DNA of 64,000 nucleotides from positions 62,310,001 through 62,374,000 of the forward strand of contig OZ287751.1 of NCBI GenBank assembly GCA_965649765.1, in the 5' to 3' direction. Positions within the stretch are counted from its first letter, which is position 1, and each line of letters starts with the position of its first letter. The position numbers and the translations under genes are program-made. This DNA comes from Bispira polyomma (taxonomy: Eukaryota). Under the pieces are notes generated by a model, which did not search any database, was not told where the DNA came from, and saw only the letters and a program-made list of their open reading frames with translations. Positions 1 to 12,613 of this stretch are shown here, piece after piece.

Positions 1-1058
1 ATATAATTTTCAGTGTCAGAAGGTCTAAGCCATGTCTCGACGACAGCGACAACATCCAGCTTGTTGGTTTTGACGAAATCACAAAAAGCGGCACCCTTGT
101 TTCTGATTCATCTGACATTTATGAGACATACATTTAAATTTAATGTGTTGAGTCCAGGATTGATACAGACATCTCCTGACAATATTAAAAGCATAGAGAC
201 CCATGGGTTGATTTTTTGGTAGGTGTAGGTCACTCTGCGACAATGACTTTGAAATGTAAGAAAAGCAGAGTTAAGTTGGTTTAAACTGGGGTGAATGCTG
301 GAATCAATGTAAAAAGTTGTGTGTTTTGAGGAGTTATTGTGGGGTACTAGGTTTGGTTTACCCATAAGGTTAATAAAAAGAAACAAGAAAATGCATTCCA
401 GAAGAAAACAACAGCAGTCAACAGTAGTGAAACTGGAAAAAAAAACAGATGGAAAAATTTGTGTTATTTACAAATAAAATAATAATATGCGAGGGGTGAT
501 TACAAAAGAGAAGCTAACAACAGCTGTCAATTTGACAGAAAAACCACCAGGTAACAGTAAGATGAACAAGACAAAAATAAACAAAGATAGATCTGATTAA
601 TTTGTGTCGTATATAACTACTAAATAGCAGAGTCTGTAGGCCTGTAATTACTGGCAACAAAAACAATAAAAAGTGTGTAAAGAATGTATGGTACGCATCG
701 ATTGCTGACGATAGTACAAGGTAATAAACAGTCCAGGAGAAAAAGCTACAGGGCGCAGTAAAAATTGAGATGAAGCAAGAAAATTACGTTTTATAAGAGA
801 GTATTTTAGTCTAATAACTTGCAAAGGTAATAGGTTGTAATGTGACAAGTGTGGGTGATAATATAGTGTATTAAACCATTCAGGAGTAAAGGCCACAGGG
901 GCAGTAAAAAATCGAGATAAAACAAGAAAATAACGATTTATAAGATGGTATTTATGTGTTATAACTTTTAGAGCCAGTATGTTGTAATAATTGAAATAAC
1001 TAGTAAAACGAGACAGAATTGATAAAAACGGCAACTTTCTTGGTTGAACCCTATTAGT
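1..1058 (-). mobile_element. 5' remnant of an L2/CR1-group LINE (start of ORF2 AP-endonuclease plus upstream sequence)
   Basis: Minus strand reads LLILSGDVCINPGLNTLNLNVCLINVR*IRNKGAAFCDFVKTNKLDVVAVVETWL (APE motifs NxRS and ETWL, one stop). Homology to the second gene copy only begins at about 1059, so this block is specific to copy 1. The upper boundary is inferred from that. Confidence 0.7.
712..990. repeat. Diverged tandem duplication, period about 146 bp
   Basis: gcagtaaaaa..gagat..a.caagaaaa..acg.tttataaga occurs at 755 and 901 with collinear flanks. Confidence 0.7.
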
Positions 1059-1490
1059 CATTAGAAGTAAAAATGGTAAAATACTAAATTACTTAAAATT
1101 TCCAAAAGTAAAATAGTACAATACTAACTTTCCAAAATCAATTCGATTCATTCAGCTAGTTGTCAGCTTGATTGTCAAGGTTTAGGAGTTTAAACTTGAA
1201 TAAGCATATTATTGCTAGAACAAAAGTGGCATTACTGTGAATAGTATTGTATGGTTTACGACAGCAGCAAGCTGGAAGGGAACAACTGTATCGGAAAGGT
1301 ACTCCTATTTAGAAACCTGCAGAGGAATGTGTTATAGCATTCCAAGGTAACATGTGTTTAATTTAGAACATTCAAATGTCCATGTCATTCATCAACATCG
1401 TAGTCCAAGAACACAAACCATAAATGTTGTTGATATCAATCAACAATATTGCTACTATAATTTTGCCTATATGTACGCTGTGTACACCAG

Positions 1491-1629
1491 TAAGCTGGAT
1501 GTAAAACAAGTCCAGGTAGGACCTTACCAGATCATGTATGCTGAGCGTGGCCTCCCTGGTGTCAAGTCCTCTCTCCTCTTGGTCCATGGGTTCAGCGTTG
1601 ATAAAAATGTATGGATGAGAGTGGTGAAG
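1491..1629 (+). CDS. ABHD6: ABHD6-like copy 1 exon (oxyanion-hole HGF motif)
   Basis: KLDVKQVQVGPYQIMYAERGLPGVKSSLLLVHGFSVDKNVWMRVVK; donor AAG|gtgaga at 1630. The 5' boundary is either acceptor ccag| at 1490 or the ATG at 1471. Confidence 0.85.
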
Positions 1630-1922
1630 GTGAGAACAGTATGCCTAAATAAATATTTTAGTCATACAAATTTACAAAATATGAAAAAAAATAATATAAA
1701 GTATGTTTTACCCAAATTGTATTTGTAAACAATTAATGTTTTTCATACATTATATGTAACAGTCATAGCTTTACACAGAGATATATGTTATGACGTCTGT
1801 GTCTATAGTGAGATGTTAAAGATTTCATGTTCCCTGTTCATCTTATTGTATTGTGTATAGTGCAAGGACAATATCAACCCCCTTACCACTGGGCCATGCA
1901 ATGTCACCAGTAAATTAAAAGG

Positions 1923-2178
1923 GAGTGTTAGACACTGGCTCAGGTTAGCATTGCAGTGGAATATGCTTGAATTTCTCAGCCAATTTGATATTTACCCGTA
2001 AATTCTGAAGTTTGACAAAAAATTCTGCTTTGATGATGCAAAATCTCTAGTAAAATAAGTGAGAGTGTTAGATACTTGCTCAAGTTAGCACTGCAGTGGA
2101 GTATGCTTGAACTTCTCAGCCAATTTTGATATTTACCCGTAAATTCCAAAGTTAGCCAAAAAATTCTACTTTGACGAG
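1923..2178. repeat. Tandem duplication, period about 140 bp, in the intron
   Basis: gagtgttaga.act.gctca.gttagca.tgcagtgga.tatgcttgaa at 1923 and 2063; single copy in the paralog near 60503. Confidence 0.85.
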
Positions 2179-3221
2179 CTTTTGTTTATGATCAATATTA
2201 ATATTAATCAAAGAGACATTTGTGGACCAATTTACTGCTGATGAAACCTTGAAATAACGCTGGACATTAAATTTTTTTCTATGTAATGATGAATGAATCA
2301 AATTGAGCTGATTGTCTGAGAACAGGAAAGGCACTATGGTGGGAATGCATTTTTTAACAGATAGAACCTTTTACCTGTATACTTTAGAACAAGGAGGAAT
2401 CTTTTCAAACACAGCACACCTGGCATTACATTACAATTGTAGTAGCACAAGTGTTCGCACAACTCTCGCTTTTAATTTATAACTAGGTGTCTGTGGCTCA
2501 ATAATACAATTATCAAGCAATATTTCACTGAATTTATAAACTATATTTATTTTCTTATAATTTCTGCATTTTGATATGTTGTCACATTCAAACCATTAAA
2601 CAATGTCCATTTTTGTTTTATAAATGTTTGCCATCTACAAAAATATACGCAAACAAACATAGTTCCTTCACTATCACGTTTTTGATCCTTTACTCACAGA
2701 GATTGGATTACATTGTCTCTTCTGGTCTTGTGGTAATAGAGTTGATTAGAAGTTGCCCAGTTTGATTCATGTGAGAGTTGGTCAGGTGATAAGATAATCC
2801 CTGGGTTCATTGGGGATAACATTGTTTGGAAAGATGTGAACACAACATTGCCCACAGATGAGGACCAAGGTTATGTTGTAGGACAATCCCTTTGGCAAAA
2901 TGAACAGCATACCAGATGATATATCAATAAGGCTTTAAAAAATATTTTAAAAAAATTAATAAAAATAAAGCTCTAAATAAATAAATCAAAAATAATATTG
3001 TAAAACATTTATGTAAATATTAAGACAGAGTGGGTTGCTCTTATTAAAAAAAAGATCATCATAACTCGAATATGGTGAAAAAAAAATATTTATTCATCTG
3101 ACAGTTGTACTTTTTTGAATAAATGCTTCATTTGGTATGTCTCCCACAGCCATATGGCCCAAACCACAACATTCACAAATGTGTATTGTTATCAATTAAA
3201 GTTCTGCTGTGTGGGTTTCAG

Positions 3222-3338
3222 AGGTTACCCAGGGACCTACACATTATTGTGATAGATTTGCCAGGCCACGGAGGTAGTAGTACTCCTGGTGATGAGGATG
3301 ACATCACGCTACCCAACATAGCACGTCACTTACGACAG
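3222..3338 (+). CDS. ABHD6: ABHD6-like copy 1 exon (DLPGHG motif)
   Basis: tttcag|RLPRDLHIIVIDLPGHGGSSTPGDEDDITLPNIARHLRQ|gtaggt; 117 nt, phase 0-0. Confidence 0.92.
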
Positions 3339-3955
3339 GTAGGTGGTATATATTTATATATTTTATTTATTATGCTGAGAGGTGTTTTTTTGGTTGACAT
3401 TCACATTTATATATATAGATACATTTTGTTAATAACACCCAGTCGTTAAGGCTTATTAGTCACTTTAAATTTACAATAGAATTATACACTACTGGTATAT
3501 GTAATAGACAACAAACATGTATTTCACTAAACTACACATACAAATATTCACACTTTACTTCAAACAAGACTAATATACAAATATGTTTGTATACATATAT
3601 GACCTTTCATTAGTTAAATATTAAGTTTTGTCTTACTTTATAAGCATCTTTGATGTATTTCCCTTGGAAAAGAGGAGTAATGAATAGAAATTGAATTTTT
3701 TCAATACTATCTAAATTCTCGAATTCCGAGTTTATATTATTAATTATTTTGTGTAATGATTTCCAAGGTTCATAGTACTTAGGACAGTTAAACAAAAAGT
3801 GTAATTCGTCCTCTGTTTAATTCAGCTTACATATCTTACATTTTCTATCTTGTTTTGTAATATTACAGTATCAACCTATTTCAATGTTAATTGGCAAAAT
3901 ATTAAGTCTAACCTGAACTATAAAATATCTTAGATTGATACTTATACTATCAGCA

Positions 3956-4203
3956 GGGGCCATGGTGGCCTAGTGGTTAGCAAGCATTGAGCTTCACAAT
4001 CACTGGTCTCTCACCTCTGGGCAGTGTGAGTTCGGCTCCCGTCAATGCCTATGTGGGAAAGGTGGTAGTTTCTTACTTTGGGCCGTTGGTTTCAGTGCAG
4101 AACCTTGATCAACTGTATGCAGTGTTCCTCTAGCATTTCCAACTACCCGTCCAAATATAACCTAAGCAGGTACTAGAGTGGACGTTAAATATCCCAATTC
4201 AAA
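3956..4203 (+). mobile_element. tRNA-derived SINE, family A
   Basis: A box tggcctagtgg, B-box-like gagttcggctccc; perfect 13-bp TSD tatactatcagca (3943-3955 and 4204-4216); empty site in the paralog near 62305. Confidence 0.93.
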
Positions 4204-5139
4204 TATACTATCAGCAATATATTTCTTCACTCCATAGTTGTGATTAACTTTATTATAAAAGTTCAATTTAGGTTTTTTTTACCAAATTTCTTTGCTAGAC
4301 CTTTCCTTTTTTGTGATTAAAGACTTTTTATTTACCCTAACTCACATATTTGTATATTCTTAAAGTTGTTCCTGATGCCACAGTCTATCATGACACTTTG
4401 AATATTAGTAACCCAATTATTTATTTTCTGATAAAAATATTTTTGGTTAGGCTATCTCAGTTATGTCAATTAATCTATTCCATAATCTAATCATTTGAAT
4501 TTTTTATCTATCAATATTATTTAGCCAGTCCATGTCATCATGTATTGCTGAATTTATAGCATATTTGTAAAATCCCATGAAATATCGTATTGCCCTATTT
4601 TGTACAGTATCAAATTTTGGAATATTGTTAAACCCCTAAATCCTGACAATATAGTCGGATACAGGGACAATATGTTTCTGATATTTCTGTTTGAATATGT
4701 TTTATATTTCATCTTTTTACACCCTTGGATTTAGCAATAAGTTTACCTAGAGCCTGACTAATACCAATTCATGCTTGGAATATGTCAAAAATTTATTGAA
4801 CCCTCTAAATATTTGTAGGAGTCCACATAGTCTAATATGTCTTCATTTTTTTTGAAATTCAAAAGTACTTCTTTTAAGTGTATAATTTTAGATTTATTTT
4901 TATTTGTTTGCATTTTCCAGTTAGAACAACATTCACTAAGTTTATTTAGTAACTGCTGTAGACTTTGTGCATTAATAGCAAGTATCACAAAGTCATCCGC
5001 CTATAATAATGTGCAAATATTATTACCATCGATGTCAATACCAATATTTAAACTGTTAAGTTCTTTTAAAATGTCATTGCTTTTGTTATATATAAAATTG
5101 TATCATCAGCAATAGCCAATACAATAAAACCTATTTTAG

Positions 5140-6900
5140 ACAATTTAATCAATAAGACTCAAACCGGTTTTATTCCGGGTAGATATATCGGTCTTTGTGT
5201 TTGGCTTGTGTTCGATCTTATGCATTATACAGAAAAATATCAGAGAGATGCATTGATTAGGCTGATTGACTGTGAAAAGGCATTTGACTCTACATCGTGG
5301 AAACTTCTCTATAACGTAATGGAATATTTGTGGTTTCAAAGACTTATACAATTGATTAAGCTATTTAACAGTGATATTTAAGCCCATGTAATTCAATGTA
5401 GTATTTTGTCTAAAACATTTAGCATAAAAAATTAACAATGCCATGCTACAATCTAAATCTTTATTAAACAATTGGAAGAAGCCATATCTCACACCATTTG
5501 GGAAAATAACTATCATAAAGACATTTATTTGTGCCAAATTCAACATCTGTTTATATCACTGCCAAATCCAACAATGATTTTTGTTCAGTTATTACTAATT
5601 TGATTCATGACCTTCTATAATGGCAGACAAGTTAAAAAAAAAAAAAACATTGTAGAGATTATTCTGATGGTGGGTTCAAAATGATAGATATTGACAAATT
5701 CATTGCATCCTTAAAGTCATCTTGGATTATATATTAGACTACAAATTTAACATGGGTCACAAATTAGGCCTTTTTGGATCAATACGATCTAAAGAATTAT
5801 ACCTGAAGATAATCCATTTTGGAAGGACCTATTGCATTCATCACATTCAGTAACAGAATCATGCAGAGTTAAGACCGGAGAAGATGTTTTGTACAATCCA
5901 CTGTGGTACAATGACAGCACTAGTTTACATACTCTTTTTTATCCTAAATGGCTTGTGAAAGGTATCCCATATGTAGGGGATTTATTAAAACATAGAAACA
6001 TGATCCTGTCTATGGAAGAACTGAAAAACACTATATTCTCCAAATAATAATACTTTTGAATACTACAGATTCAAATTGCTTCATAAAGTCTTCATAAATA
6101 AATATCAACAATTGATGGGTAACAATTTAATCAGCAATGTATGACCTTTCATTCCATTTTATATGGTGGTCTTATTAAATAGTGAAAAACTGCAGAAGAT
6201 ATGTACAAAATCCTGAACAAATGATTATTCGAGTCTAAGATGAAGTACAAGTAAAACAGTAACTTAGACAATGTAATATAATTTGTCAATTGAAATATTT
6301 GTTAAGTATGTTTTCATTTTACATGTGATGCCTCACTTACACGGCTCTAATACAGAATTTTAAATAGAATCATCAGGTGTTCATAAATAGTTAACTATCA
6401 TCAATAAAGATAACTCAGATGGTGTAGTGAGGAAGTAAAATCAATGAAGCATTTATTTTTCTATTGTAATAAATCAAACCAATTATGGAATAAAATTTAG
6501 AATTGGATTAAATTAGGATTGCTGCTACATTTGATTTTAATGTAAAATATATCATCTTTTATTATATTAAAATAGACTGCCATTTTTGAACTATTAAATT
6601 TATTAGTCTTATCAGCCAAGAAATATATTTCTTATTGTGCAATAATTATAAAAATCCAAATTTCTATGCCTTTCAACAAAGATTTAAGGGTATTTACTTA
6701 GAGCAAATAGCTGCTTCTGGAGTACGGGGTAGGGGAGATCTTTTAAAAAATAGCGGAGAGTATGGAAACAACTATTCTAGAATATTTAAATTAAAACTAT
6801 AGATAACAATTATAGAGGGAAGTGACAGCAAGAAGAACTAAGGGGTTTTCACCCTGTGTTTTAAAGGGTTTTGTTTTTTTTTCTTGTTAACTTTAATGCA
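5140..6900 (+). mobile_element. L1/Tx1-like LINE ORF2 remnant with internal deletions
   Basis: IDCEKAFDS, LTPFGKITIIKTFI and YNPLWYN...GIPYVGDLL; nested in the minus-strand LINE. Confidence 0.75.
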
Positions 6901-7073
6901 TATTATGTAAAACTTTGTACATTGTGATTTTTTTTTCTTTTAAAATATCATTAATAAATATAGGTGATAAAGTATCCCCCTGCTTCATCCCCACCTTTGG
7001 ATTCAAACCACTGTGACATGTAATTATTCACTAAAATACTAGATAAGGTATTATAGGACATCATTTTGATACT

Positions 7074-8017
7074 TTTGAGTATTTTCCACCTAATTCCTGC
7101 TGTTAAACACTTAAAGAACAACATATCTCTATTTTCGTAGTCCAAGGCTATTTTTTGAGTCTATAACTGATGCAAATGGGTCCTCATATTTAAGTTTTTT
7201 TTACAATTGCGTTTAAAGAAAAAATGTGATTAATATATGAACACTTTTTCTAAATCCATTCTGTTCATCTACCAGCAGATTGTTACAGTCCAAGTATTTT
7301 GAGATTTTTTGATTCAATAGACAGCATATCTTTAAAGAAGCTAATGCCTCTATAGTTCAAGGGAACTCCTGGATCATCTTCCATTGATTTGAGTATTTTC
7401 CACATAATTCCTGCTGTTAAACACTTAAAGAACAACATATCTCTATTTTCGTAGTCCAAGGCTATTTTTTGAGTCTATAACTGATGCAAATGGGTCCTCA
7501 TATTTAAGTTTTTTTTACAATTGCGTTTAAAGAAAAAATGTGATTAATATATGAACACTTTTTCTAAATCCATTCTGTTCATCTACCAGCAGATTGTTAC
7601 AGTCCAAGTATTTTGAGATTTTTTGATTCAATAGACAGCATATCTTTAAAGAAGCTAATGCCTCTATAGTTCAAGGGAACTCCTGGGTCATCTTCCATTG
7701 ATTTGAGTATTTTCCACATAATTCCTGCTTTTAAACACTTAAAGAACAACATATCTCTATTTTCGTAGTCCAAGGCTATTTTTGAATCTATAACTGATGC
7801 AAATGGGTCCTCATATTTAAGTTTTTTTTACAATTGCGTTTAAAGAATATATGTGATTAATATATGAACGCTTTTTCCAAATCCATTCTGTTCATCTACC
7901 AGCAGATTGTTACAGTCCAAGTATTTTGAGATTTTTTGATTCAATAGACAGCATATCTTTAAAGAAGCTAATGCCTCTATAGTTCAAGGGAACTCCTGGA
8001 TCATTTTCCATTGATTT
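7074..8017. repeat. Near-identical tandem triplication, 314-bp unit
   Basis: gagtattttccac starts at 7077, 7391 and 7705; units differ by only a few substitutions. Confidence 0.95.
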
Positions 8018-8580
8018 AGGTATAGGTTTTATTAGTGATTTTAACCATGTTTAGCATATTACACTGTGGTCAAAACATGTTTGAAATACCATTATCAAGG
8101 TTTCAATCACCAAGTCATATTTTAAAACCTTATAAGTAATTTATGAATTCCACATGCCTTATTATTTTTGGTATTTATTGCCACTTTCTTAATTTCATAA
8201 AAAGAAAAATTACATCATATTTATTGCTTTCACGCAAACCATTTTCATACAATGATAGCGTGTCTTGTACTTTATTAGTTAATGATAAATCATAATATTG
8301 TAAGACCTTACAGCTTTTCGATATTCTTTAATTTTATGCCTTGTATTGATGTATTCTTGTTTAAACTCTTTTTAAGTTGTCTGTGTTTACATCAAGTTTC
8401 CAGTTTCTAAATTAGGTGATAATCACACCTAATATAATATTATGCTTCTGGTGTTTGTTGACATGGCAACAATTTGGGACAACAGAATCTCAGAACTTAC
8501 AAGGATTTCAGCTTTCATATTTGGCATACATATTAGGTCTGTTTAAAAAACAAACCATTTGTACTTTGATATTAATACAA

Positions 8581-8728
8581 TGAAACTACCCGAGTGGTGT
8601 GTATATTAAACAAATATATGACGAAAGAAGATAATCAATACAATACAAGCCTGGTAGGGCGAGTTTGGTGTGTTTTATCATCTTGAGTCATTTTTTTGTT
8701 TAATACACACCACAAGGGTTGTTTTACA
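8581..8728. repeat. Imperfect palindrome, MITE-like hairpin
   Basis: Left arm tgaaactacccgagtggtgtgtatattaaacaaatatatgac matches the reverse complement of right arm gtcatttttttgtttaatacacaccacaagggttgttttaca. Confidence 0.75.
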
Positions 8729-8899
8729 TATATTATCCACTTATAAAATATCATTATATATATTTATATAGTTCAAAATGTAACAAAAACAGTCCAAAAA
8801 AGGTTTAAAATTCACGGCAATATAAACAAAAAGTACTGACTTGTTACCTTAAAGAATTAGACTTAAAGAATTCTATGATCAATTATTATTACAAAAAAT

Positions 8900-9930
8900 A
8901 AGATATTGTTACAATTGAAAACATTTAATGGTAAGTATCAACTTAATTTTGAAATTCATGTTTGAAACCAATTTTAATGTATAAACACATACTTTGTAGA
9001 AAAAAACAAAACAAACAAAAACACAACAATAGATTTTTAATCTTTTAGCTAATACATTATAGGCTGCCATTTATTTTTTTAAGATTATTGAGCTACTCCT
9101 TTTTTAAAAACAGTTATTTCTTTAAATTTTATAATAAAATCTTATAGTATTTAACACAGCATTAACAGTGAGATTTTGTGTATTACATTTGGTAACATAA
9201 ATATATCTTTTTATAATATTGAAAATATGATTTATTAACATTTGGCTGTATAAATTTCAGTCATATTCTTAGTATTCAAGGTTTCACTTAGCACATTTGC
9301 CCATTTTGAGATATGGATCTTTGATCAGTTCTTTTTATCAAGAATTGTCCAGGTAACTTCTCTGTAAAATTTGAGAACTTTTAAAAAATCTTCTAATGGT
9401 TCTTGTTTAATTAAATTTCTCTCCAACTTCTCATTGTATGGTATTTTCCACTGCCTAGGTTCCGAATGCATGAGACTATAAAAGTCCTCAAAATTTATAT
9501 TGATGTTATATCGTTTACAAAACTGACTGAACCCCAAAAATTGACCTATTTCGTCCAAAAATCAGTAATTTAACAAATACCTTTGGTTTGAAAGCAATTT
9601 TGCATATGTATTAAATTTTAATTTGTCATAAAATTGGTATCCCATAATGGATAACATCTATGGTCAATAGGTAGTTTACAATTTTGTAAATATTATATCC
9701 AGAATGTGACAATTTCTTTCCAAAATGAATTGCTAATTTTTTCTGTGTTGCAATATATAATTCCCATAATGTCTTTATTTTTACATATGTTTTCACTTTC
9801 AAAGAGTGGTTGCCATGTGTCATCATATGTAATTAACCTTTTTATCCAGCTTAACTTCAATGCATAATGGAAAACCCTAATGTTGGGCAGTTTCAGTCCA
9901 TCATCAGTTATTCTTTTCTCTAGCTGTGAA
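8900..9930 (-). mobile_element. L1/Tx1-like LINE 3' remnant
   Basis: DGLKLPNIRVFHYALKLSWIKRL, NSFWKEIV and LMHSEPRQWK are typical of the post-RT region of Tx1-like ORF2. Confidence 0.75.
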
Positions 9931-10089
9931 AAAGATATACAAAACAAAAGATATATAAACACTTGGTGAAAAGTGCATTTACTACAGTTTGTGACAATAA
10001 GAGTCTCACAAATAAATAATACAAAAATAACATATATACAGTACCTAGTATAATTATATTTTAACAGCTCTAATTCGTATATAACATGC

Positions 10090-12250
10090 ACAAAACAAAA
10101 TATACACTGACTTCAGTCTACTTCAATATTGTGAAAAATATCTTTCCACAATGCTCACCTTCGAGATAATTGGTTGTCTTGACAAAGCTTCCTAAGACGT
10201 TTATAGTATTGTTTAGATTTATAACAAATGATATTTTAGACTGAAACCATGCTTTAACATTATTTCACAATTGATTTACTTCAATACATTCTGCAAACAT
10301 ATGTATGTAAAATAGTATCACTTTCTTGTCCACAAAAACACACAAATTTAAATCTAAATTTTTTAGCTTATACAGATAATCCTTGATACAAATAATACTG
10401 TGAAACATTCTATATTGCAGCCAAATAGACAAGTTATCTTGGATGGTTTTGAAACAAGATTTATAAATTACCTTCCACTCATCATTACTTTAGGGAGGTT
10501 TTATTTCGGCATTCCACTTTACTTCACACAAAGGCTGCTTGCATTCAGCTTGATACAATCTTGAATAAAATGCTTAACTATTACTTTTTGAGATATAAAG
10601 AATAGCTGCATGGAAAGGAATATGTGGCCTTGTTACTGCAAACATATTACTATTTTTGTTTTGGTTAATAAATTTGGTTACCAATCTTTTAACTGTGAAA
10701 TAATTTAAAATGTTGATATGTAAGTTGTGTCTAAATTTTAGTGTTTCTAGATAAAAAAAAGTTCTATCTGAATTTACTATATCTGCAACTGTAATTATCC
10801 CCTTCTTAAACCAGCTTAGAGAGAATAATTTACTTTTAAATATATCGTTGTCTTCTGCATATACTACTATGCAGAATGATATGGTTGCAAGTTGCCTTTT
10901 TACTTGACCAAATTTTTTCAAGTTAAGAAACACTGCTTTACCATTTTAAAGGAATGTCATATACCATTCCCTTCAAAGAGCACATATGTTGTCAAGGGTT
11001 TGTACTGATTCCTGAACACAATTTGTACAAAGCTGTTTTCTTGTGAGTAGCAATATGTTCAATCCAACTAAGTTTAAATTTTCTCAAAGTTTTAAAGATC
11101 TACAATTTGCAGACCACCATTTAAGTATGTTTCAGAAAAAGATTTCCATGAAATTTTGTACAGTTTTCCTGCCCATAAATAATCGAATAAGAGCTTGTTA
11201 ATCTTCTTTAAAATGTCATCTGAGATAGGCACAGAGATAAACAGATGGTTAAATTTCACTAATTTTTTTCACAGTTATTTTTCCTATTTGTGTTAGATAT
11301 CTATACTTCCATAATTTTAATAACTTAGTAGTATTAGGCAGGGCTTTACTGTAATTTATAATTGGTATTTCGTTTAAATTTGTAGCAAATTCTAAGCCAA
11401 GAAGTGTAAACTTAGATTTACCCCACTCAAGTTTGGTTGTAAACTTTAATTTATCTTTAGAATGTTTCTTTACTACTTTTGCTTTGTCAGTGTTCATTTG
11501 TAACCCAGAAAAAAAATCTCTAAAACATTCAAGGCTGCCTGCAGAGAACATTTTTTGGCATCTAATAAAAGTTTGGTGTCGTCTGTAATCTGTGTAATCT
11601 TAAATGTATGATTGCCAATGTTTATACGAAAACTTCTGAATCCTTTACAATTAGCATACTTAAAATCTCAGCCGCTAGTATGAAAAGATAAGGCGAGATC
11701 GAATCACCTTGTCTGCACCCTCGTTTTATGAAAACTGGTTCTTGCAGTACAAAAGTAAAAATGTTTATTATTGAAAAGTTTTATCCAACTAATAAAATTT
11801 TCATCAAACCCAAAAAGGTTCAAAACTTTATATAAAAATCTCCATGACACAGAGTCAAATGCCTTTGCAAAGTCAATCAGCATTAAGAGACCAGGTTTTT
11901 TCCTATATTCTGTTAAATGCATCGAATCATAGACAAGTCTTGTGCTTTCTCTAATGTATCTACCACTCTAAAACCCAGTTTGATTTTTAGAAAAGATGCT
12001 GTCAAGATATGATTTAATTCTTTCCGCAATAGCTGGAGAGGCCATCTTATATACAACACAGAGTAACGAGAATGGGCCCCAGTTTTTGATAAATTTTCTG
12101 TCTTTATTACCCTTTGGTAGGCATATAATGATATGTTGTATCAGAGAATTGCTAAGTTAACCCTTGACCAAACAGCAATTAATTGCATTAGTAACATAGA
12201 CCTTCAGTTTTCCCCAAAATACTTTTAAAAAAATCTGCCATTATGCCATA
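10090..12250 (-). mobile_element. L1/Tx1-like LINE RT remnant
   Basis: PGLLMLIDFAKAFDSVSW, RGCRQGDSISPYLFI, LWKYRYLTQIGKITVKK; frameshifts and stops. Confidence 0.88.
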
Positions 12251-12407
12251 CAAAAACTTTTACCCCAAACAAAATTTTTCAATATTTGATTTAACCTTTT
12301 AAATATGCTCAGAGGTGGCTCAGGGAGTACTGTTTAAGGATATACTAATTTTGGTAGAAGAATTGTTTTAACTGCTACTAGATTACCTATTATAGATAAG
12401 TTGTACC

Positions 12408-12613
12408 TAAATTAAATACATGTAGTGCTATTTGTATACATTTACATGAACAATTAATTGTACCTGTGACTGACTTGACTAGATTAGACCAGAATAGTAA
12501 ACTTAAACTATTCGGTACAACGGTACCATTTTTATGTACAATATCCAAAATTAAATACATGTAGTTGCTATTTGTATACATTTACATGAAAATTAATTGT
12601 ACCTGTTACTGAC
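12408..12613. repeat. Direct repeat of about 66 bp, spacing about 140 bp
   Basis: aaattaaatacatgtagt(t)gctatttgtatacatttacatgaa..attaattgtacctgt.actgac occurs twice. Confidence 0.85.

Larger units (their letters stand above)
1059..8420 (+). repeat. Segmental duplication, copy 1 (paralogous to about 59651-63570)
   Basis: Collinear exon and intron sequence, e.g. cagttgtcagcttgattg/aaggttt/ggagtttaaacttgaataag near 1160 and 59710, both exons and the intronic LINE; interrupted by copy-specific insertions. Confidence 0.9.
3600..8420 (-). mobile_element. Decayed non-LTR retrotransposon (RT plus C-terminal Cys/His motif), interrupted by a SINE, an L1-like fragment and a triplication
   Basis: Fragments YADD-like/ILAINAQSLQQLL, YKYL, EDELHFLFNCPKY; an orthologous copy sits in the paralog intron. 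Clade not determined. Confidence 0.8.

Noticed and set aside
1354-1728. ORF-track 124-aa protein as a complete gene
   Set aside because: Homology stops at a GT donor (1630); flanks are intron read-through
3956-4050. tRNA gene at SINE heads
   Set aside because: A/B boxes are present but embedded in 250-bp dispersed repeats with TSDs; no convincing cloverleaf
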